Below are positions 26,330 through 36,500 of a stretch of DNA of 64,000 nucleotides, in pieces. The notes under the pieces are model-generated. The model saw only the letters and a program-made list of their open reading frames with translations. It was not told the DNA's origin and ran no database searches. Numbering within the stretch: position 1 is the stretch's first letter; every line of letters starts with the position of its first letter. Source of the DNA: an uncultured virus (IMG/VR IMGVR_UViG_3300021959_000026) (lineage: Duplodnaviria > Heunggongvirae > Uroviricota > Caudoviricetes); the IMG/VR virus record IMGVR_UViG_3300021959_000026; one strand, given 5' to 3'. Both the position numbers and the translations under genes were made by a program.

Positions 26330-29300
26330 ATGCCTCCTTTTGACCTATCTTGGACCCCAACTTTAGAGAATAAACTCAGCACTCAGATTGATGGTCAACT
26401 GCCTGACTTCATTGCTGAAGACCACCCTATTTTTTCTCAATTTTTAAAATCGTATTACCAGTTTCTTGAATCTGGTGAACTACAACTAACAGTTAATATT
26501 GACAACATTCTTATAGAAGTTGAGACTGATACAAATCTTCTTAATGAAGATGGGAGTTTAATTGTTACTGAAGTTGGTTCTGGTTCCACAGGTAAATTTA
26601 TCGAAGGCGAAATTATTACTGGCGGTACGTCTTATGCAACCGCAACAATCTTAGTTGAAGACCTTGGTAATGCAACTCCAAGACTGTTCATATCCTCACA
26701 ACAATTGTTTGAGACAGGTGAAACTGTAACTGGTGGAACTTCTGGTGCGTCTGGTGTAGTTACAAGATATCGTGCAAACCCGGTTCAGAATATTCAGCAG
26801 TTATTGGCTTATGCTGATATTGATAATACCATTTATGATTTTATTGAAGAGTTTCGCAAATCCTTTATGGCTGGAATTCCTACTAATCTTGCAAATGGAA
26901 TTAACAAGAGAAATTTAGAAAAACATATTGGTGAGTTGTATCGACGGAAGGGAACTAAAGAGGGCGCTAAACTCTTTATGAAAATCCTTCTGGATGAGGA
27001 CGCAGAGGTATTCTATCCAAATCAATATATGCTGAAATCATCAGCAGCAGATTGGGATAAACCTATTGTTGTTCGTTGTTCCGCTGTTGGCAATGTTTTC
27101 GCAGATGAACTTGTTGGTCAATCAATTACTGGTACAGATACCGATGCAACTGCACTTGTTGAAAGTTCAACAACCTTTTCTGTTTCTGGTGGTATTTCAT
27201 ATATTGAATTTCAGATTTCAAATATAGTTGGAACTTTCAACAACGGTGAAAACATATATGGTATATCTTCTACAGGAGACGTAAAATATAATTTTACTAT
27301 TGCTGATATAATTTCATCAGTTACAATATCCAATGATGGGACACTATACCAAACGGGCGATCTGATTGACCTTGATACATCTGCCGGAATTGGTAGTGGT
27401 GATATTTCAGCGATTGTTGGTGGGGTTGAAACAGGTTCTATTTCGGGCGTTGCAATTGATGATGGGGGAACAAACTATGAAATAGGTGATCTTGTTGTAT
27501 TTACAGACAATGCATTAGAAGCTGGTCTTGTTAAAGAAGCAGAAGCCGAGGTTACTGTTACTAATGGTAACATAGTTGATGAGACTGACGGCGATATTAT
27601 TATACAGGAAGAAGGTACTAACGCTTTCATAACACAGTTTAATTTTCAAGTTGAAGATGGTACAGTTTTTAATGAGGAACCTTATGCACTATTAGGAACT
27701 GATAGAAAATATAGTAATGTTTCCGGTTACTACTACCCAATCTATAAAACATTTTATGCAGCGGAACAATCAATTATTAAAAAATCATCTGCCTCTGTAA
27801 ATGGCGCAACATTTAATTCAACAACAGTATCACTAGATGGTAATGTTGGGGAAGATATTACTATAGGGATGGTTGTACGATCAAATAGTATTCCTGTAAA
27901 CACAACAGTTACAGTTACTTCTGTTACGGATCAATCAACTATCGTTCTATCTACTCCACAAACATTTTTGGACAATGAGGTTCTACAATTTAAATCTGAC
28001 TCAACAGGAGTGAGACAATATAGTTTCCTTGAGTATCCCGGCGAAATATTTTATTCTCCCACAACTTTGACAGCTGTTGCACAATCAACGTATAGTAATA
28101 CAACATATACATTATATGGCGGTAACTATAATCATCGAGCAGATCATCTCTATGGTGAGTCTGGAAATGCTGCATCATATACTAGTGGTATCAACACAGA
28201 AGCAGTTCTTGGTGATAGACTTGAAACTGAGTCGGCAGTGAATACAATAGTTATAGACACAAATCGTTATGATAATGAGGGGTTTATTTTAGAGTCTGGT
28301 GATGGGGATATTACAAAAATAACTGTGACTCAGCCGGGAGAAGGTTATGCACTTTTACCTACTGTTACGGTTAGAAGTCAGTATGGTACAAACACAAAGG
28401 CTTATGCAACTACAACAGATATTGGAAGAATTTCTAGTGTCAATATTACTAATCCCGGCTTCAATTATACTGAAGAACCTACATTGGAATTTCGTGGAAA
28501 TTTCGTTGTAAAAGATATAACAGGAGTTTTTACTCCCGGCGCAGCATTAACATCACATACAGGAACAGTTCGATCATTTGACTCTGCAACTCAACTTCTA
28601 AAAGTTTCAATTGAAGACACAGTTGGTGTTCAAGGTGAATCTTTTGGAGAAGGCAACTACAATGAGGGCGTACTTCTAGAAGACTCTCTTACAACATCCG
28701 AGTATGTTGATGAAAATATTATTTTGGACGCTAATCTTGTTTATGGCGAAAATTTAGTTGATGAAGATGGCGATAGACTTTTAATAGATTCTACAAGCAT
28801 AACATCTGGGTTTATAGATTTGGAGGATGGTTTTGGTCAAATCATTATGGAACATCCAGATGATTTGCCAGCGCCGAGGCAAATAAAATTCCTGTTGGAA
28901 GATTCATTGGTTCCTCCGCTCAAATCAAATGAAAACGCCTTTATAGTTCTTGATTCTGATATAGAATATGAAGATACTTTAGTTCTTAATGCTACAGATA
29001 ATCTTGGTACAAATTCTGGTGATAAGATTATTCCTAATTCTACAGCTGCGAATGGAGTTGGTGATCCCACTAACAATATTGTTTTAGAATCTGGTATAAC
29101 TGATAGCGTTAATGAAAAACTCCTATACGAAAATGATGTCCCCTTCACTAACTTGTTATTGGATGGAACAAATGCAGATACACTTCATATAAACGAAAAA
29201 GTTTTATTTGAGGATGCGGGAATTGATTTCTCTGCTGGAACAACATCCATAGCAACTGCGGCCGGGTCTGCAACAATTGTTCATGCAGATGTTGCAAAAT

Positions 29301-30913
29301 CAAAATTTAATTTGGGTACTTCTGCTGAAAAAACAGGAAGATTTGGTGGTATTGAAAATTTAATTGGTGAAGCTCTAATTAGAATTCAAGATTCTTATTA
29401 TTACCAAGATTTTTCATATGAAATTCAGTCATCATCTGGTAGTAGTTCATATTTAAATGAGGTGAAAAAATCAATTCATCCAGCTGGATTTAATGTTTTT
29501 TCAAAGTCTATTCTTTCTTCCTTTGTTTCTGCTAAATTACAAATTGGAGAAGCACAGGAAATTGGGGAGTCTGACCGTGGTGCTGATCTCTTCGATGCTA
29601 TTCTTAGTACTACATTCTTCTCAATATTTGCTGCTCCTATTGAGCGCCGTCTTGGTTTTACAACTGAAGAAGAGACTGTCCTATTATTAGAAACTTCTAT
29701 TCAAGAAACTTCTGATGATCAATTTGAAATTGAGGAGGAACTTGGTGTAGGTGTTATACGATTAGAAACACCAGAAAATGCTTATATTGATTTTGAAGCA
29801 ATAGAAATATCTTATGGAATTGATGCTGGCGAGTCTGGTTTGTTGTTAACTGAGGATTTAGATCGTATCGTATCAGAAAGTGCTGAAGCGATATCGAACA
29901 ACCTTGTTCTTGATGGAACTGAAGATGGACATCTTCAAACATCTCAGGGCGATGCTGGTTTTGATATTGTTACAGAAGATGATTTGTCATTCGAACTTGA
30001 GGATAGTCTTCAAGATGGTATATCATTCCTTTCTGGTGAAGACTCTACAATAATAGATAATTTGCTTAGTGAAGTTGAGTCCGATATCTTTGTTATTGAA
30101 GGTATATCTCAGTACGATAGAGATGTTCATGTTCGATCTTCTTATACAACGCACGTTGATGTTACGTTAAATAAAACACACAATACTGCTAATGGCCTAT
30201 CATTCCTTGCAACTAAAACTTATGAGGGTATTAGTGGTGATGGTATTGCATTGGAAAGTGGTTCTGCTCAACTTGGTAGTCGTTTATTACTTACTCAAAC
30301 TGACAGCAGTGCGTCTGATCTTGGTGATCACATTTTGTTGGAATCTGGCAGTGATGTTAACATAAATCAGAGCGTAACCAAAGACACTTATACAGCACTT
30401 GGATATTCTACCAATAACTTTACCCGTGATTCCCTAGTTAATATTTCTGATGAAAACTCTGTTGATACTATTGTTCTTGAGGGTCAAGATATTGGAACAT
30501 TTAAACTAGAGGATGGATCAACTGTTACAGGAACATTTGGTGACGATATTCTTTTGGAAGATTCTACTGGGTTTGGTGTTGGTGAAAAACTGAGACTTGA
30601 AAGGACTTTCATTGCTTTAGAAGATTCTATAAATGTTGGTGCAAATCCATTCGATATGGCTGGTGATACTATACTTGAACCATTTACTATTCCATCAGAT
30701 ATATTTGTTACTCAAAATGGTAAACTTACACATGAGGATGATCATGATTTTATAGTTTATGACACTTCGGCTGATGAGAATGATCAGATCATTCTTGAGG
30801 ATGGAACTGATCTAGATTTATACAAAAAAATAACGGTCCTTGAGTTTGGATTTGATGGGATATTATCTACATTTGATAATGCATTTAATAATTTTGATAT
30901 AGAAGAAGTATAA
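26330..30913 (+). CDS. gp7: Baseplate wedge protein gp7-like, with long acidic C-terminal extension (1527 aa)
   Basis: QLPDFI.ED.P.F..FL..YY.FLE, LYRRKGT, IQDSYYYQDFSY.I.S...VK..IHPAGF. Confidence 0.8.
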   Translation: MPPFDLSWTPTLENKLSTQIDGQLPDFIAEDHPIFSQFLKSYYQFLESGELQLTVNIDNILIEVETDTNLLNEDGSLIVTEVGSGSTGKFIEGEIITGGTSYATATILVEDLGNATPRLFISSQQLFETGETVTGGTSGASGVVTRYRANPVQNIQQLLAYADIDNTIYDFIEEFRKSFMAGIPTNLANGINKRNLEKHIGELYRRKGTKEGAKLFMKILLDEDAEVFYPNQYMLKSSAADWDKPIVVRCSAVGNVFADELVGQSITGTDTDATALVESSTTFSVSGGISYIEFQISNIVGTFNNGENIYGISSTGDVKYNFTIADIISSVTISNDGTLYQTGDLIDLDTSAGIGSGDISAIVGGVETGSISGVAIDDGGTNYEIGDLVVFTDNALEAGLVKEAEAEVTVTNGNIVDETDGDIIIQEEGTNAFITQFNFQVEDGTVFNEEPYALLGTDRKYSNVSGYYYPIYKTFYAAEQSIIKKSSASVNGATFNSTTVSLDGNVGEDITIGMVVRSNSIPVNTTVTVTSVTDQSTIVLSTPQTFLDNEVLQFKSDSTGVRQYSFLEYPGEIFYSPTTLTAVAQSTYSNTTYTLYGGNYNHRADHLYGESGNAASYTSGINTEAVLGDRLETESAVNTIVIDTNRYDNEGFILESGDGDITKITVTQPGEGYALLPTVTVRSQYGTNTKAYATTTDIGRISSVNITNPGFNYTEEPTLEFRGNFVVKDITGVFTPGAALTSHTGTVRSFDSATQLLKVSIEDTVGVQGESFGEGNYNEGVLLEDSLTTSEYVDENIILDANLVYGENLVDEDGDRLLIDSTSITSGFIDLEDGFGQIIMEHPDDLPAPRQIKFLLEDSLVPPLKSNENAFIVLDSDIEYEDTLVLNATDNLGTNSGDKIIPNSTAANGVGDPTNNIVLESGITDSVNEKLLYENDVPFTNLLLDGTNADTLHINEKVLFEDAGIDFSAGTTSIATAAGSATIVHADVAKSKFNLGTSAEKTGRFGGIENLIGEALIRIQDSYYYQDFSYEIQSSSGSSSYLNEVKKSIHPAGFNVFSKSILSSFVSAKLQIGEAQEIGESDRGADLFDAILSTTFFSIFAAPIERRLGFTTEEETVLLLETSIQETSDDQFEIEEELGVGVIRLETPENAYIDFEAIEISYGIDAGESGLLLTEDLDRIVSESAEAISNNLVLDGTEDGHLQTSQGDAGFDIVTEDDLSFELEDSLQDGISFLSGEDSTIIDNLLSEVESDIFVIEGISQYDRDVHVRSSYTTHVDVTLNKTHNTANGLSFLATKTYEGISGDGIALESGSAQLGSRLLLTQTDSSASDLGDHILLESGSDVNINQSVTKDTYTALGYSTNNFTRDSLVNISDENSVDTIVLEGQDIGTFKLEDGSTVTGTFGDDILLEDSTGFGVGEKLRLERTFIALEDSINVGANPFDMAGDTILEPFTIPSDIFVTQNGKLTHEDDHDFIVYDTSADENDQIILEDGTDLDLYKKITVLEFGFDGILSTFDNAFNNFDIEEV

Positions 30914-30916
30914 ATA
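30909..30916 (+). promoter_or_regulatory. T4-type late promoter TATAAATA
   Basis: Exact TATAAATA upstream of 30937. Confidence 0.8.
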
Positions 30917-30936
30917 TAACAAAGGAAGACGGAATA

Positions 30937-31941
30937 ATGGCATATCAATCAATAGGATTAGGTACTACCGCAGGGGATGGAACGGGTGATTCTATCCGTG
31001 GCGGTGGTGATAAAATCAATGATAACTTTGTTGAAATCTATACCCTGTTGGGTACAGGTACATCACTAACATCTGGTATCAGTGCAACATCTTCTGTTGT
31101 TACTCTTGCTGGGCCAACAATCACTGGTGTTGCATCATTTGCAGACGGTAGTAATTCTGCTCCTTCAATTACAAATACGGGCGACACAAATACAGGTATT
31201 TACTTTGGTGCTGCTGATACAGTCAACGTAACCACTGGTGGAACCAAACGAGTCGATATCGACAGTTCTGGTTTAGATGTAACAGGTAATGTGACAGCAA
31301 CAGGAACAGTAGAACCAGCTGGTGACACTGCGGCGGGTGATAATGCTGCAATTGGTTACACATCTGCCGAGGGTTTAATCCTAACAGGACAAGGCAGCAC
31401 ATCAGATATAACTTTAAAGAACGATGCTGACGCCACAGTATTTACAGTTCCTACTGGTACTGATGACATTCTGTTCCCGGACAACGCCAAAGCACTGTGG
31501 GGTGCTGGTAGTGACCTTCAGATTTATCACAACGGTAGTAATAGTTATATTGTAGATGCTGGTACAGGAAATCTAAACTTACAAGCCGATAACAATATCA
31601 ATATTCTCAACAATGCTGGTACAGAATTTAAAGCCCAGTTTATTACAAATGGTGCTGTAAATCTTTTTTACGATAACAGTGCGAAGCTTGCAACAAGTGC
31701 TGCTGGTGGAACTCTCACTGGTGTTTGGGTACAGACTGCTAATATTGCTGCTGATGCTATTACGGGCGCTAAGATTGCTGATGATGCTATTGACTCTGAA
31801 CATTATGCAGCAGATTCTATTGATGAAGAGCATATCGCCAATGACGCTGTAGGTTCAGCAGAATTAAAAACTCTATCAACTCTGTTGATTAAGAACTCTA
31901 GTGGTTCTACACTAAAAACTGTTCATGGTGCTGGTGCATAA
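30937..31941 (+). CDS. Short fibre-like virion protein with gp9/gp10-type N-terminus
   Basis: Q.I.LG...GDGTGD.IR.GG.KIN.NF.EIY N-terminal motif; C-terminal AKIADDAI repeats. Confidence 0.75.
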   Translation: MAYQSIGLGTTAGDGTGDSIRGGGDKINDNFVEIYTLLGTGTSLTSGISATSSVVTLAGPTITGVASFADGSNSAPSITNTGDTNTGIYFGAADTVNVTTGGTKRVDIDSSGLDVTGNVTATGTVEPAGDTAAGDNAAIGYTSAEGLILTGQGSTSDITLKNDADATVFTVPTGTDDILFPDNAKALWGAGSDLQIYHNGSNSYIVDAGTGNLNLQADNNINILNNAGTEFKAQFITNGAVNLFYDNSAKLATSAAGGTLTGVWVQTANIAADAITGAKIADDAIDSEHYAADSIDEEHIANDAVGSAELKTLSTLLIKNSSGSTLKTVHGAGA

Positions 31942-31965
31942 TTATAATTAGATATGAACATGATG

Positions 31966-31973
31966 TATAAATA
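31966..31973 (+). promoter_or_regulatory. T4-type late promoter TATAAATA (gene 8)
   Basis: Exact TATAAATA upstream of 32000. Confidence 0.8.
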
Positions 31974-31999
31974 CTAATACAGATTAGAGGAAACGGAAA

Positions 32000-33505
32000 A
32001 TGACAGCAATCATAACAGAAAAATTTAGACTTCATAACGCAACTCAATTCTTTGAGTCTTTTAATGAAGCAGCCAAAAGCACATACTACATGATGATTGG
32101 TAAGTCTACTCCTTTCACATCAGGAACTAGTGGTGGAACAGATTCGGCACCACCTACTCCAGCTGATGATGTAACCAGTGAGTTTAATGTTTGGGATCAA
32201 GCTATCGCAGCAAAAAATATTGCAGCAGGTGATGCTAGTCATGCAATTTCTCGACTTAACTGGGCAAACAATACAACTTTTGATATGTACGAAAGCGATG
32301 TTAGCTCTACTAATCTAACTACATCTGGTAAATCTAGCATTTATCAATCCACATTTTTCTTCCGTACATCTGATAACCGTGTGTATAAGGTTATAGACAA
32401 TAACGGTGGAACTGCTTACTCTGGTTCTGAACCTACATCTGAATCAACTTCCTTCTTTTCTCAGGGTGGTTATGTTCTAAAATATATGTACACAATTACC
32501 AGTGCAGAACAAACAAAGTTCTTGACATCAGATTTTATGCCTGTTAGTACTGATTCTACTGTTTCTGCTGCGGCTGTTGATGGTAAAATTGAAAGTCTTA
32601 TTGTAACCGCTGGAACTGGATATACAGATGGTACTTACTATGTAGCAGTTAATGGCGATGGTACGAGTGCGGGAACAACCTCTGGTGCCGTAATAGAATT
32701 TGTGGTTTCCAGTGGTGCAATTGCAAGTTTCGGTCTTACTTCTGGAACTGATACAATTGTTTATTCTGGTGGCACTAATTATACCTATGGAACAATTACA
32801 CTTACAGATGACACAGTATTTGCAAATGCAGGACTAACAACTGCTGTAGATTCTGGTGACATTGATAACGGTAGTGGCGGTGCAATCAAAGTTGTAATTA
32901 GTCCAAAGGGGGGTCATGGTTTTAATGCGGTCAACGAACTTGGTGGTCACTATGTGATTATGAACACATTGTTCGTCGGTGCAGAGGGCGATGATCTTCT
33001 TACAGGAAATGATTTTCGTAACATTTCTATTGTTACTGAACCAACAAATTTTGGAACAACAACAGTTGCAACTGATACAACAGCTCGACAAACTTATGCA
33101 CTAAAGTTGGCTAGCACCAGTGGTACGTTTACTGCTGATGAAAAGATTACACAATCAACAACCCTTGCAATTGGTAAGGTTGTTCAGTGGGATGCTAATA
33201 ACAACATTCTTTATTATCAGCAGGAAAGATATCCAAATTACGGCACAAGTACAGTTGGTGCATATATTGCTTTTTCTGGTGCAAATGTTGTTACGGGTGC
33301 AACTTCTGGCGCAACTGGGACACCTGATGCATCAGCGGACAGTGCAGTAACTCTTGCTAACTCGAATACTATCACATTTACCGATGGATATGCGAACCCA
33401 GAACTTGAACCAGATAGCGGTAATGTGATCTACATAGAAAACAGAGCCCCCATCACCCGTGCGACAGATCAAACGGAAGACATTAAAATTGTAGTGGAAT
33501 TCTAA
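32000..33505 (+). CDS. gp8: Baseplate wedge subunit gp8
   Basis: MTAIITEKFRL.NA..F, RVYK.I.N, Y.LKYMYTI, KFLTSDFMPV, P.GGHG..A..ELG, SG.VIYIENR.PI.R..DQ.EDIK.V.EF. Confidence 0.93.
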   Translation: MTAIITEKFRLHNATQFFESFNEAAKSTYYMMIGKSTPFTSGTSGGTDSAPPTPADDVTSEFNVWDQAIAAKNIAAGDASHAISRLNWANNTTFDMYESDVSSTNLTTSGKSSIYQSTFFFRTSDNRVYKVIDNNGGTAYSGSEPTSESTSFFSQGGYVLKYMYTITSAEQTKFLTSDFMPVSTDSTVSAAAVDGKIESLIVTAGTGYTDGTYYVAVNGDGTSAGTTSGAVIEFVVSSGAIASFGLTSGTDTIVYSGGTNYTYGTITLTDDTVFANAGLTTAVDSGDIDNGSGGAIKVVISPKGGHGFNAVNELGGHYVIMNTLFVGAEGDDLLTGNDFRNISIVTEPTNFGTTTVATDTTARQTYALKLASTSGTFTADEKITQSTTLAIGKVVQWDANNNILYYQQERYPNYGTSTVGAYIAFSGANVVTGATSGATGTPDASADSAVTLANSNTITFTDGYANPELEPDSGNVIYIENRAPITRATDQTEDIKIVVEF

Positions 33506-33506
33506 T

Positions 33507-36500
33507 ATGGCACAAAAAACTAATCTTAACGCAGCACCGTACTTTGATGATTTTAATGCAGATAATAATTATCACAGAATTCTCTTTCGGCCGGGATATG
33601 CAGTTCAGGCAAGAGAGTTAACGCAACTTCAAAGTGCATTACAACATCAAATTGAAGCACATGGAAGTCACATTTTTCGTGAGGGCGCAGTGGTTGTGCC
33701 GGGTCAAGGAACGACTCAAGAATATTATAGTTTGAAACTCGCAAGTACATTTAATGGTCAAGAGGTTGATCCTTCACAATATTATAACGTAGACAATCCT
33801 ACAACTATTACAGGTGTAACAACGGGTGTTACCGCAAAGGTTATTGGTTTTGCAGCTGCGACGACGACAGATCAACCACTCCTTTATCTTTCATATGAAC
33901 GTGCGGGAACTGACTTTGAAACTACAACTTTTGCTGATAATGAAAATCTTACTGCTAATACTGCAATATCACATTCAACAGCAAGTTATGCTGCAAATGT
34001 TGCATCTGTTACAACATACAATTCTGTGTATAGTGTCGCTGCAGGATCAACCTTAGCACAACTTGCAAGTGCAGAAGGTCCAGCATCAAGAACAGGTCTT
34101 GCGTTTCGCATAGAATCTGGTATTTACTATATTCGTGGTTTCTTTGTTAACAACCTAGAAGAAACTCTAGTTCTTAATAATTATGATAGAACTTATACGG
34201 GAACAGTTGGGTTTAAAGTAAGCGAAACTATTGTTACACCAGAAGATGCAGAGTCTCTATTAGATAATTCTACAGGGTCAACTAACTATGCTGCGAAAGG
34301 CGCACATAGATTAAGTGTTTCTGTTGCACTCTCTGCTATTACGACTTCAACGGACACAACCAATTTTATCGCTCTGGTTGATCTCAAAGATGGTAAATCA
34401 TCTATAATTGGTCGCCGCACGCCATATTCTCAACTTGCTGATGAATTTGCAAGAAGGACTAATGATGAATCTGGAAGTTATACGGTTCGACCATTTGAAT
34501 TTACCATAGGTGAATCAGTAGATGTTAGTGTAGGTAACGATAATCTACAGGGTAGATATACTGTGGGTGCGACAACTGATGATGGTAACATCGCTAGCAG
34601 CGAGCTGTTATCTCTTACCATATCACCGGGTAAAATGTACGTCAGGGGTTATGAAATTGATAAGGTTCGAACTACCATAAAAGATATTTCTAAAGCAAGA
34701 GATTTTGACACTACTAATGCTGGTATTACAACTTTTGACATTGGTAATTATGCACTCATTACCAATGTATACAATACTCCAGACATTACACAAATATCTG
34801 GAGAAACTACTGCATTCAATACTGTACAATTCTATGATGCAACAAATACTACTAGAGGTTCTGCAAACGGTAACTTAATTGGTGTAGGTCGAGCTAGAGG
34901 AATTGAATATCATTCAGGTACAGCTGGAGCGACTGCATTGTCGCCGGCGGCTCAATATAAATTATATCTTTTTGATATACGGCCATTTACAAAACTAACT
35001 TTGAGTGGCACTCCTTCACCAACACTTCTTGCAACACACACAAACGGTGGTGTATTAATCACGGGTGTGACTTCTGGTGCTAAAGGTTATGTATATGCAG
35101 ATGGAACTTCTGGAACTTCAGTAAATCTAATTTCTGTAGTTGGTACATTTAGAGCCGGAGAAGAGATTACATCTTCCGATTCTGCTGAAACAGGTGGAAT
35201 TGTTGAGAATAGTAGTGATGTAGATATTACCGTAACTAATTCAGAAACTTTTACTTTTAATGATTTTAAACAGGTTTATATGGAGGATGCAGATAGTGGT
35301 CAAGATTTTACTGCTGATCTTGTATTTAGAAGCGCCTTTGGACTACAATCAATCAGACTAGAAGATAGTGTTACTAGAGCAGATGGTAGTATTATAACTG
35401 AAGAAGATGGCGGTGATTATCTCATCCTAGAAGATTATGTTGCACAGGGTTTGCAAGATACAGAAAAAAATCTCGCAGTATTTAGACTTCCACGAGGTGG
35501 TATTAAAACACTTCTGACCGCAACTAATTCTGGTTTAAGTGATACGCAATATACAGTTCGTAGACAGTTTATTGGAATTACAAACAGTTCTGGTGTTGTT
35601 ACCTTTAATGCGGGTACAAATGAAACATTTTTATCTCACAGTGAAGCAGACTATACATTATCTATTCTTACTGCTGGTGGTGGAACAGGAGAACAGGGTG
35701 ATCTCGTTAGTATTTCTGGTAAAATTAGTGGTGCCGGAACATCAACTCTTACTATTACAGATGCATCTATCTTGGGAAGTGCAGCAAAAATAAAACTTAC
35801 TGCGACAATTCTTAAAACTTCTGTTCAATCAAAGACTAAAACTACTAAGCTTATGAAACAACTAAAGGTAACTTCTGGAACAACAGATGCCTATGGAACT
35901 CGTCCAACAGATGACACTATTTCCCTTGGGCGTGGGGATGTGTTTAATCTAGTCGCAGTTTTTGACTCAGAGGAAGCAAGCACGGATGCACTTGCTCCAG
36001 AATTTACTACAAGTAATCAATCAGGAACATTTACCAGAGGTGAAAAAATCACTGGTGCGACAAGTGGCGCAACTGCAAGAATTGTTGATATTACATCTCC
36101 CATGAGTTATGTTTTATATACTTCACTTTACTTTGTATCGGGAGAAACAATCACTGGTGAAAGCTCCGGTGCAACTGCTACTGTCGGAACTCTTACAGAT
36201 GGTAGTGTGGATATCAAATCTAAATATGCTTTTGATTCCGGTTACGGCGATAATTTCTATGATATTGCTAGAATTATAAGAAAAGGTTCTGAACCCGCAC
36301 CCACAGGAAGATTGCTCATTATATATGATTATTTTGAACATGGTACGGGAGACATGTTAACAGTCGACTCTTATGTTGATGTTGCTAATCAAATGAACTA
36401 TGAAGATATTGAACGTTCATTAATTGATGCATATGATTTTAGGCCAAAGGTTGAAGATATTGCTGGTACATCAAGAACACTAGGGATTATTGATGAAATT

